In this document: positions 50,205 to 64,000 of the stretch, piece by piece
Layout of the letters: each line of letters starts with the position of its first letter
How positions within the stretch are numbered: position 1 is the stretch's first letter
Source of the DNA: Eledone cirrhosa
Lineage: Eukaryota
Assembly: GCA_964016885.1 (NCBI GenBank)
Contig: OZ024759.1
Span: 25,730,001-25,794,000, forward strand
Direction of reading: 5' to 3'
Length of the DNA stretch: 64,000 nt
Program-made: the position numbers and the translations under genes
Notes under the pieces: generated by a model
The model's input: the letters and a program-made list of their open reading frames with translations, nothing else
What the model was told of the DNA's origin: nothing
Databases searched by the model: none

Positions 50205-50962
50205 TATTTTACCGATTCCAGAAGGATATAAAAAAGGCAAAGTTTCCACGGTAGGATTTGAACTCAGGATGCAAAGGACCCCAACAAATATTGCAGGGGA
50301 ATTATGACCGACGTTCTAACGATTCTGTCAATAATAATAATTGTTTCTACTTTTGGCACAAGGCAAGCAATTATCCAGTGCATTACTGGTACTTTATTTT
50401 ATCGACCCCGTAAGGATGAAAGGCAAAATTAACCTCGGCGGGATTTGAACTCAGAATAGCAAGGGCCGTAACTCTATGCGTCAAAGCATGGCGTCCGACC
50501 CTCTACCGATACTGCAATAATGGGTTCTCATTTTAGACACAAGGCGAGCAATTTGAAGGGGAAGAGAATCTTGATTAAATCCACCCAGTGCATTACTGGT
50601 ACTTTATTTTATCGACCTCGCAGGGATGAAAGGCAAAGCTAACCTCGGCGAGGTTTAAACTCAGAACGTAAATGGTCATAACTCTATGCCACAAAGCATG
50701 GTGTCCAACGCTCTACCGATACTGCCAATTCACCGCCCCGATTTTCTCAATAATAATAGTGGTTTATGATTTTAGGCCCAAGGCTAGCAATTTAAAGGGG
50801 AGGGGTATATCGATTAAATCGACCCCAGTGCATTACTGGTGCTTTATTTTATCAAGCCCTCAGAGGGTAAAGACAAAACTAACCTCGACAGGATTTGAAC
50901 TCAAAACGTAAAGAACAGGAAGAAATGCCGCAAAGAATTTACCGCTACTGTTAATTCACCAC
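50205..50962 (-). mobile_element. Head-to-tail array of four S1 SINEs
   Basis: aaaggcaaa..taacctcg...ggatttgaactca repeated 4 times in the same orientation. Confidence 0.88.
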
Positions 50963-51181
50963 CCTGATGATGATGATGATGACGATGATGACGATGATGA
51001 TGATGATAATTAAAATGACTAGAAGAAGAACAAAATAAATGTCAAGGGGAATAAAGGCAGGTGTTGGAATTGGAACGAATTAGATAACAATTTTTTTAAT
51101 ATTACGTAACAATGGATCAGATGGTCTTTTATTGTCGTTGGCATAAATATGTAAACACACAGACACATATATTTATATATT

Positions 51182-51214
<33 letters not shown>

Positions 51215-51259
51215 TTTACACATATAGATATATGCTACACCCATACACATACATTCATT

Positions 51260-51334
<75 letters not shown>

Positions 51335-51498
51335 CATGTATACTCCTAAAAACAAAGGTGCCATATTGATCACGTGGCTTTATCAATGATTCCGCTGAGT
51401 GATAAAACCATGACAAGAAAATGGCGGTCGCTAGTGTCTGTTGACGGACCGACGACGACCGAGTCGGAGATAAGACAACAAAACGACGTAACGTGTGT

Positions 51499-51548
<50 letters not shown>

Positions 51549-51607
51549 CAAAATTACTGTTATATTATACATACATGCATATACAGACACAAACACACAC
51601 ACACACT

Positions 51608-51657
<50 letters not shown>

Positions 51658-52351
51658 GATTAGTTAATACGATTGTGTAACGGAAATTATTATGAAAAAA
51701 AAAGGTGTGAGGCAAAAGGGGAATGAGAAGTGTGTGTGCGTGTACGGGAGAGATAAAATACATGTTTGTCCCCTTTAATTAAGACAAGTAGCTGTGAATT
51801 ATCCAACTAACAGTTATAGATAACAGTTAGCATGCAGGCGTGACATGATATATACCTGATAACAATCTATATACATCTTATTACCCTTGTTACTGTCATA
51901 GTTATTGTTGTAATAGTTGTTATTGTTGTAGTAGGGGTTAAAGTGATTGTTATAGTTGTAGTAGTAGTTGTCGTTATTTCTGTTGTAGTGGTTGTAGTTG
52001 TTGTTGTAGTGGTTGTCGTTGTAGTCGTAGTGGTTGTGTTTATAGATGTAGTAGTGGTAGTTGTTGTCTGTAGTACAGTATTCAATATTCATGAGATTCC
52101 GTTCATAAAATAAAAACAACAAAAAATTAAGGTGACACCTTGGAAAATATGTTTGAAATATTGTTTCAAGGTTAACACAGATGTTGAACTGTTAACGAAG
52201 ATTAACAAAGATTAACGAAAATATTCCAGGTTAATTAAAATGCTGAATGTTAATATGTGACAATGTTCTAGAAATATTTAAGGAACCTAGAATTGCAATG
52301 TTTTTATACCTGCCTATATCTACACTTTAAAGAAATTATCATTATTATTAT

Positions 52352-52723
52352 CCCGATAAAATAAAGTACCAGCAACGAACTGGGGTCGATTTAATCGGCT
52401 TATCCTTCGCCCCAAAATTGCTGGCCTTGTGGCTAAATCAGAAACTATTATTATTATTATTATTATTATCATATACACAGTTATTCTGCCGATCTTTCCT
52501 CAAAATAATAATGATTTCTAATATAGGCACAAGGCCAGTAATTTGGGGAAGGGAAAAGTCGATTAAATCGACCCAGTACGTGACTGGTACGTTATTTTAT
52601 CGACCCCGTAAGGATGAAAGGCAAAGTTAACCTCGACAGGATATGAACTCAGACTGTAAAGGGACGTAACTATGCTGGAAAGCATGGCGTCCGACCCTCT
52701 ACCGATACTGCCATTCACCGACC
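52352..52723. mobile_element. Tail-to-tail S1 SINE pair (plus 3' fragment 52352-52445; minus full copy 52515-52723)
   Basis: Consensus motifs in both orientations around a (TTA)n spacer. Confidence 0.85.
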
Positions 52724-53419
52724 TAAATACAGCCCTTAAAATAATGGTTTCTGATTTAAGCGGCTGACAAGATGGAGGAGAAGTGGATACAACTCAGTGC
52801 CCTAGGGGACACCAACTGGTGACTTTTGCTGGGCTTCATTGAATTCCGTTCATCTCAACTCTGTTGAGTTCTGTTCACCACAAAAACAAACAAACAAACA
52901 AAAAACCGTTCAACCAACAGTACAGTGGTTTTAAATAGACGTTTAAACAGTTCAAGGCACGTTTGTGATTTTGACCTCGGGGTGCGGTTGAGACACCGCT
53001 AAAGATTGGGGTGTAGTGTCCCTCTGCCTCTCTCCTCTTCTTTCGTTGGTTGATTCTTTTTTCTTTTTCTTCTTTTCATTTTCTTTTTTTTTCTTTCTTT
53101 TCTTTTGTTCCGTTTAATAGTAGGTTTTTAAAAAAATAAAAGTTATGAAATAAAAAGAAACTAAAATAGAGAATATTTAAATCTAAATCATAAGAAAAGA
53201 CTAGCATTTGTAGTTTGTGATGGATTCTATTGTATGTCTTAGTGAGTGTCAAGATACAATAGTTCTGTCTTTGAGCTACCGTCTAAAAAATGTAAAATGT
53301 CGCCTAAGTGAGGTAAAAGTTGTAAGATCAGCCGTCTTGACAACACAGAAAGCCATTCGGGTTTGGATTTAGAAGATTGTTGCTCTCTCTCTTCCTCTCC
53401 TCCCCCTCTACCTCCTCCC

Positions 53420-53561
<142 letters not shown>

Positions 53562-53645
53562 TATAAACATTATGGTATATTAGTGTTTACGCATAAGCAG
53601 ATTAGGACGAAAAATAAGAGAAATGAAATATATTTAAACACACCT

Positions 53646-53692
<47 letters not shown>

Positions 53693-54096
53693 CATAACTA
53701 TATATTTATATATACAAATACATAAATGCACATATACATACACACACACACACGTATGTATATATATATATATACACATCAACGTAAGTAGGCAACAAAA
53801 GCAGATGTTAGAAAGGCAGGTGGAACTGACAAACGTGGTCACTTAGTTAAATTACTATCAACTAATCACTGTCTTATTGTAACAGCCATTAACTTCATTG
53901 GGAATTAAATGGCTCGTTTAGAATAGATTTTATATACTTCTTACTTTTATAGTATCAGCTTGTCTCTCTCTGTTTATATATGTATGTATATATATATACA
54001 CATACAGAGAGAGAGAGAGAGATAAGAGTAAGACAAAGACGCATATGCTCTTTTGGGGTGTATATATGAGTGTACCTACATTGGAGAGTAGATTGC

Positions 54097-54219
<123 letters not shown>

Positions 54220-55094
54220 AGATAGGTAGATAGACATAAATAGACAACTGGAGCAATAATTTAAAATAAAATCGACGATTTGGATGAAAGACATAAAAAG
54301 ATATGTAAAAATATTAAGTAATGTTTAAATAATAAAATAACGATTATCCCTCACCACCTAACTCTACCCAATTACTTCCCACTGCCCTAGCTTCATTAGA
54401 TTATTCAACCAAACTAGCTACAACTCCCTAGCTACACACTTCACTACACTCCCTCCGTAATCACAGCTACTACATTCTCTAAATGAAATGAATCAAAATT
54501 GAAAAGAAAATTAGGATTAAGCGAACGATGTGATTTATTTCACGTCCTCCTGTCTTCAAAATTAAACAGCTCATTATGTTAATTGTTTTATTCTTATATA
54601 TTCTGTATTATTGTCATGTCTGCCCCTTCTTCCTCCTGTCCCCTCACCTCTTTGTGTGTTTAGTAAATTAAATCACATGTATTTTATAATTTTCTTTGTT
54701 TCAAAACTGAAACAACCTCAAGAATAATTTATATAAAATCACTCGTGTTTCTGTAGATTGGATAAAACACAATCAACAAACAAACGAACCCCCCCACCGC
54801 CCGCCCGAAAAATAAAAAATAAAATAACAATAAACAAGACCAGTTTGGTCTAATATGGAAATTAAAGTAAGACGAAAATTAAATTAAATGAAAGTACTAC
54901 AAACATACAAACAAACAACAACAAAGCGAAACACATAGACAAACACAAAACATACAACCGGGTTAAAATGTAAGGATTAAGTTTTTAGTGAAATAATTCG
55001 AAGATTACATTTCCGTTTTCAATTTATATTATTTGAATTAACGCTTTTGTGAAATCGCGCTTGAAAAACAGTCTTTAAAATGGCGTGCTTGTAT

Positions 55095-56260
<1,166 letters not shown>

Positions 56261-56882
56261 TATGTGAGAAATCTTGACATAGGGGTATATTACATCTACA
56301 GTCATGACGTCATGTACCACCTTGTCTTTTCACAGTTGAAGGTTTCACTGACCAGACATTGAGACAGACAGACATACGATTTCATAATATCAAGCCCATA
56401 TCAAGCCCACAGATGGGGCTAACACCATCATTCCAATCCCCACCACTACATCACGCCATCGGCAACAATATCATCTGCAGCTACCATCATCATTGCCATC
56501 ATTATCATTTAATTACTATCATCATCATCATCATCAATATCATTATCATTATCGGACATCATCATCATCATCATCATCATCAAAATTACGATGAAACGTA
56601 ATTTTCCACAACAGCACCGCCAATAACAAAAAGAACAACTTGAAAGGCGTAAAAATCGCTGACTAAATGAAGGTTGCATGTTCTTATCATGAAAGAAAAC
56701 GAATTTTGGATTATGTCACATGACGAAATGACGTGTTTCTGATGTGATGCAATCAGTCACGTGATAAGCTTTCTCCTAGTTATCCAGTTAAACGATATTC
56801 ACCCTTTCCCTCCCTCTTTTCTTTCCATAATCTCGCAAGCAAGTGACTGGTGTCAGTGACGCAAAACAAACAAACACTAATC

Positions 56883-56926
<44 letters not shown>

Positions 56927-58071
56927 TATATATACATATCTATTATTCGTGCAGATTAAAATTAAGCAAAGAATTTCTGCTTTCACCCTATACGGGATCT
57001 TCTGAAACTGTATATATATATATACATGCACCCGTATATATACAGATTAAAGGGGATTTTAATGTGATATAGGGGTGTGTTGATAGAGTCAGTGATGTTA
57101 TCGTTCTATGTCTATAAGGTGTTTATAGGAAAGTATTGTTTTATATAATACATCACTTTGAACACCTATCCAACTGATGATTCGTCACAGTATTATCGTG
57201 TCTTTCATTATCCCACTGTATCATCCACAAATACACCATATTATATGTCCAGCTATCAATCCATATACATATATTCATCCATCAACCAATTCATCTATCC
57301 AGTTACGCATCCATGCATCTATCTGTTTATGCAGTACATTCTTAGAAACTTAGAACAATCATCCAAATCATCTGATTTAAACTGAGGTCCAGTGAACATT
57401 TACAAACATTCAGAAATATTGCTAAACTATCGGACACGCTTGCAAAGTACATTGAGATATTGAAGGATAAAAAAAAATTTTTTTTTAAATTAAATGTCAT
57501 GTTTTAAGTTAAAATGAAGTGGTCATGTTTTAAGTTAAAATGAAGTGTATAATTAAAGCAGTAGTATCTGCAGCCTTTGGATCTTGGGAAAAATAGTTAA
57601 GCTCTCATACAGCGGCGATATTTTGTATAGCAATGCGGAATTTCTGACAACAATAACAACAGCAGCAATAAAAACAACTTCGGTTACAAAGACGTATTCA
57701 ATACAAATAATACAACTGCATTAACAAAATGAAGATACAACAACAAACAATTCTATAGCTACAAAAACACATTCAATACAAAAAAAACAAAAAAAAATTG
57801 ACAACTGCACCAACAGCAGATACAACAACAGCATCATCTACAACAACAATAACACCATACAAGGAAAACAGTAACAAGAACAATGAGAAGCAGCAGTAGA
57901 GAGTCGGGGAAGAGAAGGTGTGGTTGAGAACTAAAAGTAATCTTGTGTCAAGAATTTCCACTCCCATTTCATCCCAATATTGGGAGAGAGCGAGAGAGAG
58001 AGAGAGAGAGAGAGAGTGAGAGAGGGGGGAGAGGGGGTAGAAAGAGAAAAAGAGGTTGAGGACACACACAC

Positions 58072-58169
58072 ACAAGGTGTCCCTCCAAAATGTATACATA
58101 TTTTGATTACCTGCACAGGCAATATTTATAAGAATGCACAGCCTTTGTGTATACATTTTTTAGCACAGC

Positions 58170-58170
<1 letters not shown>
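58072..58170. mobile_element. Tc1/mariner-like MITE, degenerate
   Basis: caaggtgtccctccaaaatgtataca ... tgtatacattttttagcacagcct imperfect TIRs resembling CAGGGTGTCCC-type ends. Confidence 0.5.
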
Positions 58171-58246
<76 letters not shown>

Positions 58247-58247
58247 C

Positions 58248-58306
<59 letters not shown>

Positions 58307-58567
58307 AATGGCATGGATCGTTCAGTTTCCCTTTCTACATAGCCATTTCTCAATGTAATAACATTTGTCCTGTCACGTCATTCTCTTATATAACATATCC
58401 TTCATTACAGTCGATGGATTTCATGTTTTAATTTGCAACAAATAATTAATTATATTAATGAACATTTCAATTAGAGATGGAAGCTGTTTTAAGAGCAATA
58501 TTAGCATTACAACACACACATACATACGCACACGCATATAAACATAAATACACACACACATACATAC

Positions 58568-58712
<145 letters not shown>

Positions 58713-59009
58713 CAGTTCACATTTTACCGCGTACACATATACACACATACATAAAAGCATGAGACTAAGCCATCTAAAATTTGTTTTACCCACCTTTCTG
58801 CCCAACTCCACACCCCACCGACCACCCACCAGCCATTTTTGGGTGTGACCAAGTCAGAGTGAAACCTATGCAAGTCTCTAATCTGTCTTTAATGCATTAC
58901 ACAGATTGAAAAAGTTGAAAAGTTAGTTGAGCGCGACAACACTATCAAACAACTGGAGAGACAAAAATTGATATGGAGCGAGAGAGATAGGAGGGTGGGT
59001 GAGGGGCTG

Positions 59010-59040
<31 letters not shown>

Positions 59041-59464
59041 GAGGGTAGAGAGAGAGAGAGAGAGATGAGGGATAGAGATATGTCACTTAAGAAAAGTTGA
59101 GGAAAAAACAACATTAAATTGACAAAGAAAAAACCTAATGGAAAAACTGCAGGTAATTTGGGGTAGTTTTTATCTTAGTGAGGGACTAGAGCAAAGGAAG
59201 AGGTGGTGGTGGGTGGGCTAGTGTGTGACGTCATTATTATTACTACTACTACTATTATTATTATTATTGGTTAATTCATATTTGTTATTTTTTTGTTACT
59301 GTTTAATATTGCAGTTGGCATGATTTTTTTTTTCTTACTTTACATCAACATTATTCAGGACAAACAAATCATAATTTCTTTTTTTACGCCTAACCCTACT
59401 AAAATGTGTGTCTACGTTGGGAATCATGATGATGATGATCATCATCATCATCACCATCACCAGG

Positions 59465-61345
59465 TAGTGGATTTGCAGTATCGGTAGAGGGTCGGACGCG
59501 ATGCTTTGCAGTATAGAGTTACGGTCCTTTACGTTCTGAGTTCAAATCCCGCCGAGGTTAACTTTGCCGTTCATCCTTACAGAGTCGATAAAATAAAGTA
59601 CCAGTAATGCACTGGGGGGGGGGGGGGTAATTGCTGGCCTTGTGCCAAAAGTAGAAACAATTATTGTTATCAAAATATGCTTATTATTATTTGGAATTAA
59701 TTTTGAATTTTGCTCTTTCCCATATTAAGCCGAGTGTCAACCTGACACCTGAGGCAAAATTTGGTAATAGCCATATTTTACAATTATCATACAAATGATG
59801 TCATAAGGGCACAAAAAACTGTATTATGAAAACTGTATTATAATAAAGAAATAATAAAGGTTTCTTATATAGGCACAAGACCAGCAATTTGGGGGGAGGG
59901 GAAAGTCGATTAAATCGACCTCAGTGTGTAACTGGAACTTTATTTTATCGACCCCGTAAGGATGAAAGGCAAAGTTAACCTCGGCAGGATTTGAACCCAT
60001 ATCATAAAGGGCCGTAACTCTATGCTGCAAAGCATAGCGTCCGACCCTCTACCGAAATAATAATAATAATAGTTTCTATTTAAGCACAAGGCCAACAATT
60101 TTAGGTGAGAGGAAAGTCAATTAAACCTACCTTAGTGCATTACTGGTCCTTTATTTTATCGTTTATCAACTCTGTAAGGATGAAATAAAGCACCAGTAAC
60201 ATACAGGGGTTGATTTAATCGGACAGCATGCTTTGCAGCATGGAGTTACGGCCCTTTACGGTCTGAGTTCAAATCCCACCGAGGTTAACTTTGCCTTTCA
60301 TCCTTACGGGGTCGATAAAATAAAGTACCAGTAGCGTACTGGGGTAGATTTAATCGACTTTCCCCTCCCCCAAATTGCTGGCCTTGTGCCTATAGTAGAA
60401 ATAATAATAATTGTTTCTACTTTTGGCACAAGGCCAGCAATTACCCAGTACATTACTGGTACTTTATTTTATCAACCCCGTAAGGATGAAAGGCAAAGTA
60501 GAAATAATAATAATTGTTTCTACGTTAGGCACAAGGCCAGCAATTACCCAGTGTATTACTGGTACTTTATTTTATCGACCCCGTAAGGATGAAAGGCAAA
60601 GTTAACCTCGGCGGGATTTGAACTCAGAATGGCAAGGGCCGTAACTCTATGCGTCAAAGCATGGCATCCGACACTCTACCAATACTGCCAATCCACCGCC
60701 TAGGTGGATTGAAATAATAATAATAATCATTATTATAATAATAATAATCATTATTAATATTTGGTGGATTGGCAGTATCGGTAGAGGGTCGGTCGCCATG
60801 CTTTCCAGCATAGTTACGTCCCTTTACGATCTGAGTTCAAATCCCGCCGAGGTTGACTTTACCTTTCATCCTTACGGGGTCGATAAAATAAAGTACCAGT
60901 AATACACTGGGTAATTGCTGGCCTTGTGCCTAAAGTAGAAACAATTATTAATATTTCTTTATCATAATACAGTTGTTTGTGCCCTTATGACATTATTTGT
61001 ATGATCCTTTACGATCTGAGTTCAAATCTCGCCGAGGTTGACTTTGCCTTTCATCCTTACGGGGTCGATAAAATAAAGTACCAGTAATGCACTGGGTAAT
61101 TGCTGGCCTTGTGCCTAAAGTGGAAACAATTATTTGTATGATCCCGCCGAGGTTAACTTTGATTTCATCCTTACGGGGTCGATAAAATAAAGTACCAGTA
61201 ATACACTGGGTCTTTGCTGGCCTTGTGCCAAAAGTAGAAACAATTATTTAAATGACAATTGATTGTAAAATGTGGGTATTACCAAATTTTGCCTCAGGAG
61301 TTATGTTGATACTCGGCATGATTTGGGAAAGAAGCAAAATTCAAA
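59465..61345. mobile_element. Dense cluster of ~10 whole or partial S1 SINEs in both orientations within an inverted duplication
   Basis: S1 consensus repeated. Non-SINE segments at 59690-59830 are mirrored at 60960-61005 and 61260-61345. Confidence 0.88.
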
Positions 61346-61506
61346 GGAAGCTCTAATAATAATAATAATTATTATTATTGCTATTATATTCCTTGTGTTG
61401 TCTTTGCATTAGCGAGCAGAGCTTTGTGTGTCTTGGGTATGCGCAGTGTTATGCTTTTGGTGGGGTTGTTCGTATTGCATTATAGTTCTCATCATCATCA
61501 TCATCA

Positions 61507-61547
<41 letters not shown>

Positions 61548-63464
61548 ATATTATTACTATTATTATTATTATTATTATTATTAGAAATGAAGTGTTGTCC
61601 ATTGTGTTGTTACATTACGTCTCTCGCTTCCAGATATGGGGTCGACTCCTCAGTTATCTAATTCGGTTTCATTTCGAAAAACAACCCCCTCTCGTTCCCG
61701 CCATTTGTCCACAACTACGTAATGAGCTTCACCAATACCCACCTCACTTTCTTACTCTTTCCACCCCTCATCATCATGATCATCATCATGATCATCATCA
61801 CCACTATCACAAACACCATCAACAGTGCTATTACAACGACTTAGAAAAACAAAAGCATTGCACTGCAAATAAGACCACTTACCATTACGCCCACCATAGC
61901 CAGCAACAACAATAACAACATCCTCATCATCATCATCCACCATAACAACAGTACCACCACCTCAAGTAATTCTGGGGGGAGGAGGCGTGGTTTGAAAACG
62001 ACATACCACTTCAAACTTTCTTTGTCGATCAAGGGACATTAACTAAAAACGTTTGTGAAAGGTTAACAACAAACGCACCCCGTAAAAAAAAATAACCCCA
62101 AACAAAACTAAGTTTTAAGTGAAGTAACGTTTTAGTCGCTATTCTTTTCTTTCCCTGAAAATGAACAATAATGAAACCCTCAACAACAACAACAAAAACT
62201 TGGAAAACTACCCCCTGATGTAATAATTGGATACCTTTAAGGTAATCCCATTCCAGTTTAAATTACCTGGATGATGAAAAAGAAAAAAATATCGCACTAA
62301 TTACAATATTTTGGGACTGATATTACGGTTAAATTTCATTTATTTAAAAATTAAAAGAAATGAATTTTGTTTTATCTCAACCCTGCTCGCTCTCACACAA
62401 TTACTCTCTCGCCATTAAAATCCATTTCTGCCATTTTATGTTCGCCATTTTAAATGTAAAGTTTTGATTCTTTCCTTTGTTGGTGTTTTTGTTTATTCAT
62501 TTTGAATATTGAATTATTATATATTTTTTTTAATTAAGTTTATTTTGGATTAGAAGATCGCATAATCTCGTTGTTGGGAGAGTTGGTAAAGGTGTTGAAC
62601 ACGAATGTATAATGATAGTTCGGTTGATAGTTCGCATCACATCTCCGTAGCAATGAATATAACTCCATGACTGGAACTAACTTCAAAGCGCTGGCACTTT
62701 TTTTTATCGATCTCAGCAAAGAAATTTTGTCAAGAGCGAAACAGTTTCTTCGGAGAAACGGCCTGGGATGCGCATTGATGAGAAGCATTCTCTCCGTTCT
62801 TCTTCACCCTTGCCAGGTCAGGTTGTTGGGTGTCCAGGCACTCTCATGTAACTTTCGGGAGGATTGGAGTGCCGTTAATGTGGATACGGGCGTTGTGCTT
62901 CTCACTCAAGAGCAATATTACTATAACAAGCTAAATATAAACTGGTACAAGCCAATGTTGAAACTCCGCTCAAAACCTCAACTTACCAAGAATTTACTTC
63001 TAGTCCAAAGACACTCGTCAGACCACCTCCTACATTCACATAAACACAAGCACTGTTACACACACACATATATATATACACACAAACACACCGATACATA
63101 TATACGCACACAGATATGCACAAGCACCAAGGCATATACACATACGCAGACACATATGCACACACACACACATATATATACACACATATGCACACACGCA
63201 CACACAGATATATATATATGTATATATATACACACACACACACACATACACACACATACACACACATGACAATCACGCCACCTGGTTGTGATTGCTTATC
63301 TGAAAAGTTTTTCCTGGTTGTATGCTGACAATTGTTTTTTTTCACTTCAATATCTTTATCCAATGACAAGATAGACATCCACCTCCATATCATCATCATC
63401 ATCATCATCATTTTCGTCACCAACCCACCACCTTCTCCACAATGTATACCATATATATATATAA

Positions 63465-63519
<55 letters not shown>

Positions 63520-63625
63520 CACATTCAAGTACACAATACATATTTATATTTATGTATACTATATACACATTTATATGCTTGCACGTACATCAAATATATT
63601 TATACGATTTTTACATACATGTGCA

Positions 63626-63671
<46 letters not shown>

Positions 63672-63675
<4 letters not shown>

Positions 63676-63847
63676 AAAGCGTCAGGACATTGACGGCTGA
63701 GCTCCGGCCGTTTCGACAGCTAGATCCGAACAGTTCGGATCTAGGTGTCGAAATGCCCGTCGGGGTCCTGACTCTTTTCCTATTACCCACTCTACTACCC
63801 TAAGTATCGAGTACTCTGCTGCGTTATGGCTTACCACACCTTCTTTG

Positions 63848-63848
<1 letters not shown>
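63672..63848 (+). mobile_element. Family A hairpin element
   Basis: gacggctgagctccggccgtttc-gaca.ctagatccgaac-a-gttcggatctag.tgtc-gaaa, then tail tattacccactctactaccctaagtat; between (TA)n runs. Confidence 0.75.
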
Positions 63849-63901
<53 letters not shown>

Positions 63902-63904
63902 TAT

Positions 63905-64000
63905 GTGGGGAACCGACGGCCGAGCTCTTGCCGTTTCAACTGGTAGTTTCGACTTTTTATAATATAGCTATACTCTACTACCCTAAGTATCCAGTACTCT
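63905..64000 (+). mobile_element. Family A element, rearranged, truncated by window end
   Basis: ccgacggccgagctcttgccgtttc and actctactaccctaagtatccagtactct. Confidence 0.65.

Noticed and set aside
59465-61250. CRISPR-like repeat array
   Set aside because: The repeats are SINE fragments in mixed orientation in eukaryotic DNA, with no regular spacers or cas genes.
62540-63030. Overlapping non-repetitive ORFs on both strands
   Set aside because: No recognisable domain or coherent splice structure; left unassigned.

Overview
Eukaryotic, AT-rich, repeat-dominated DNA with no confidently identifiable protein-coding gene. The heavy (TA)n/(TATG)n/(GA)n/(CA)n load and the SINE families present suggest an octopus (coleoid cephalopod) intron or intergenic region; this assignment is inference. 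Almost all ORFs in the supplied track are microsatellite artefacts. Recognisable content: an RTE-clade LINE fragment, a ~600-bp non-autonomous RTE-derived element (4 copies, ending in a C2H2 finger), about 20 whole or partial tRNA-derived SINE copies including two dense clusters, and hAT-, Tc1/mariner- and piggyBac-like MITEs. The most notable signal is several families of short elements lying in or next to TA microsatellites that carry type I hammerhead ribozyme cores. Two well-formed complete cores lie at 8934-8969 and 18046-18090. Several other copies are fold-back hairpins that turn at helix II and keep only the 3' half of the ribozyme, consistent with Penelope-like element pseudo-LTR remnants. 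Also noted: strand-biased enrichment of the YY1/Pho-type motif AAAATGGCG, a candidate 4-nt microexon or recursive splice site, and long inverted repeats able to form dsRNA.
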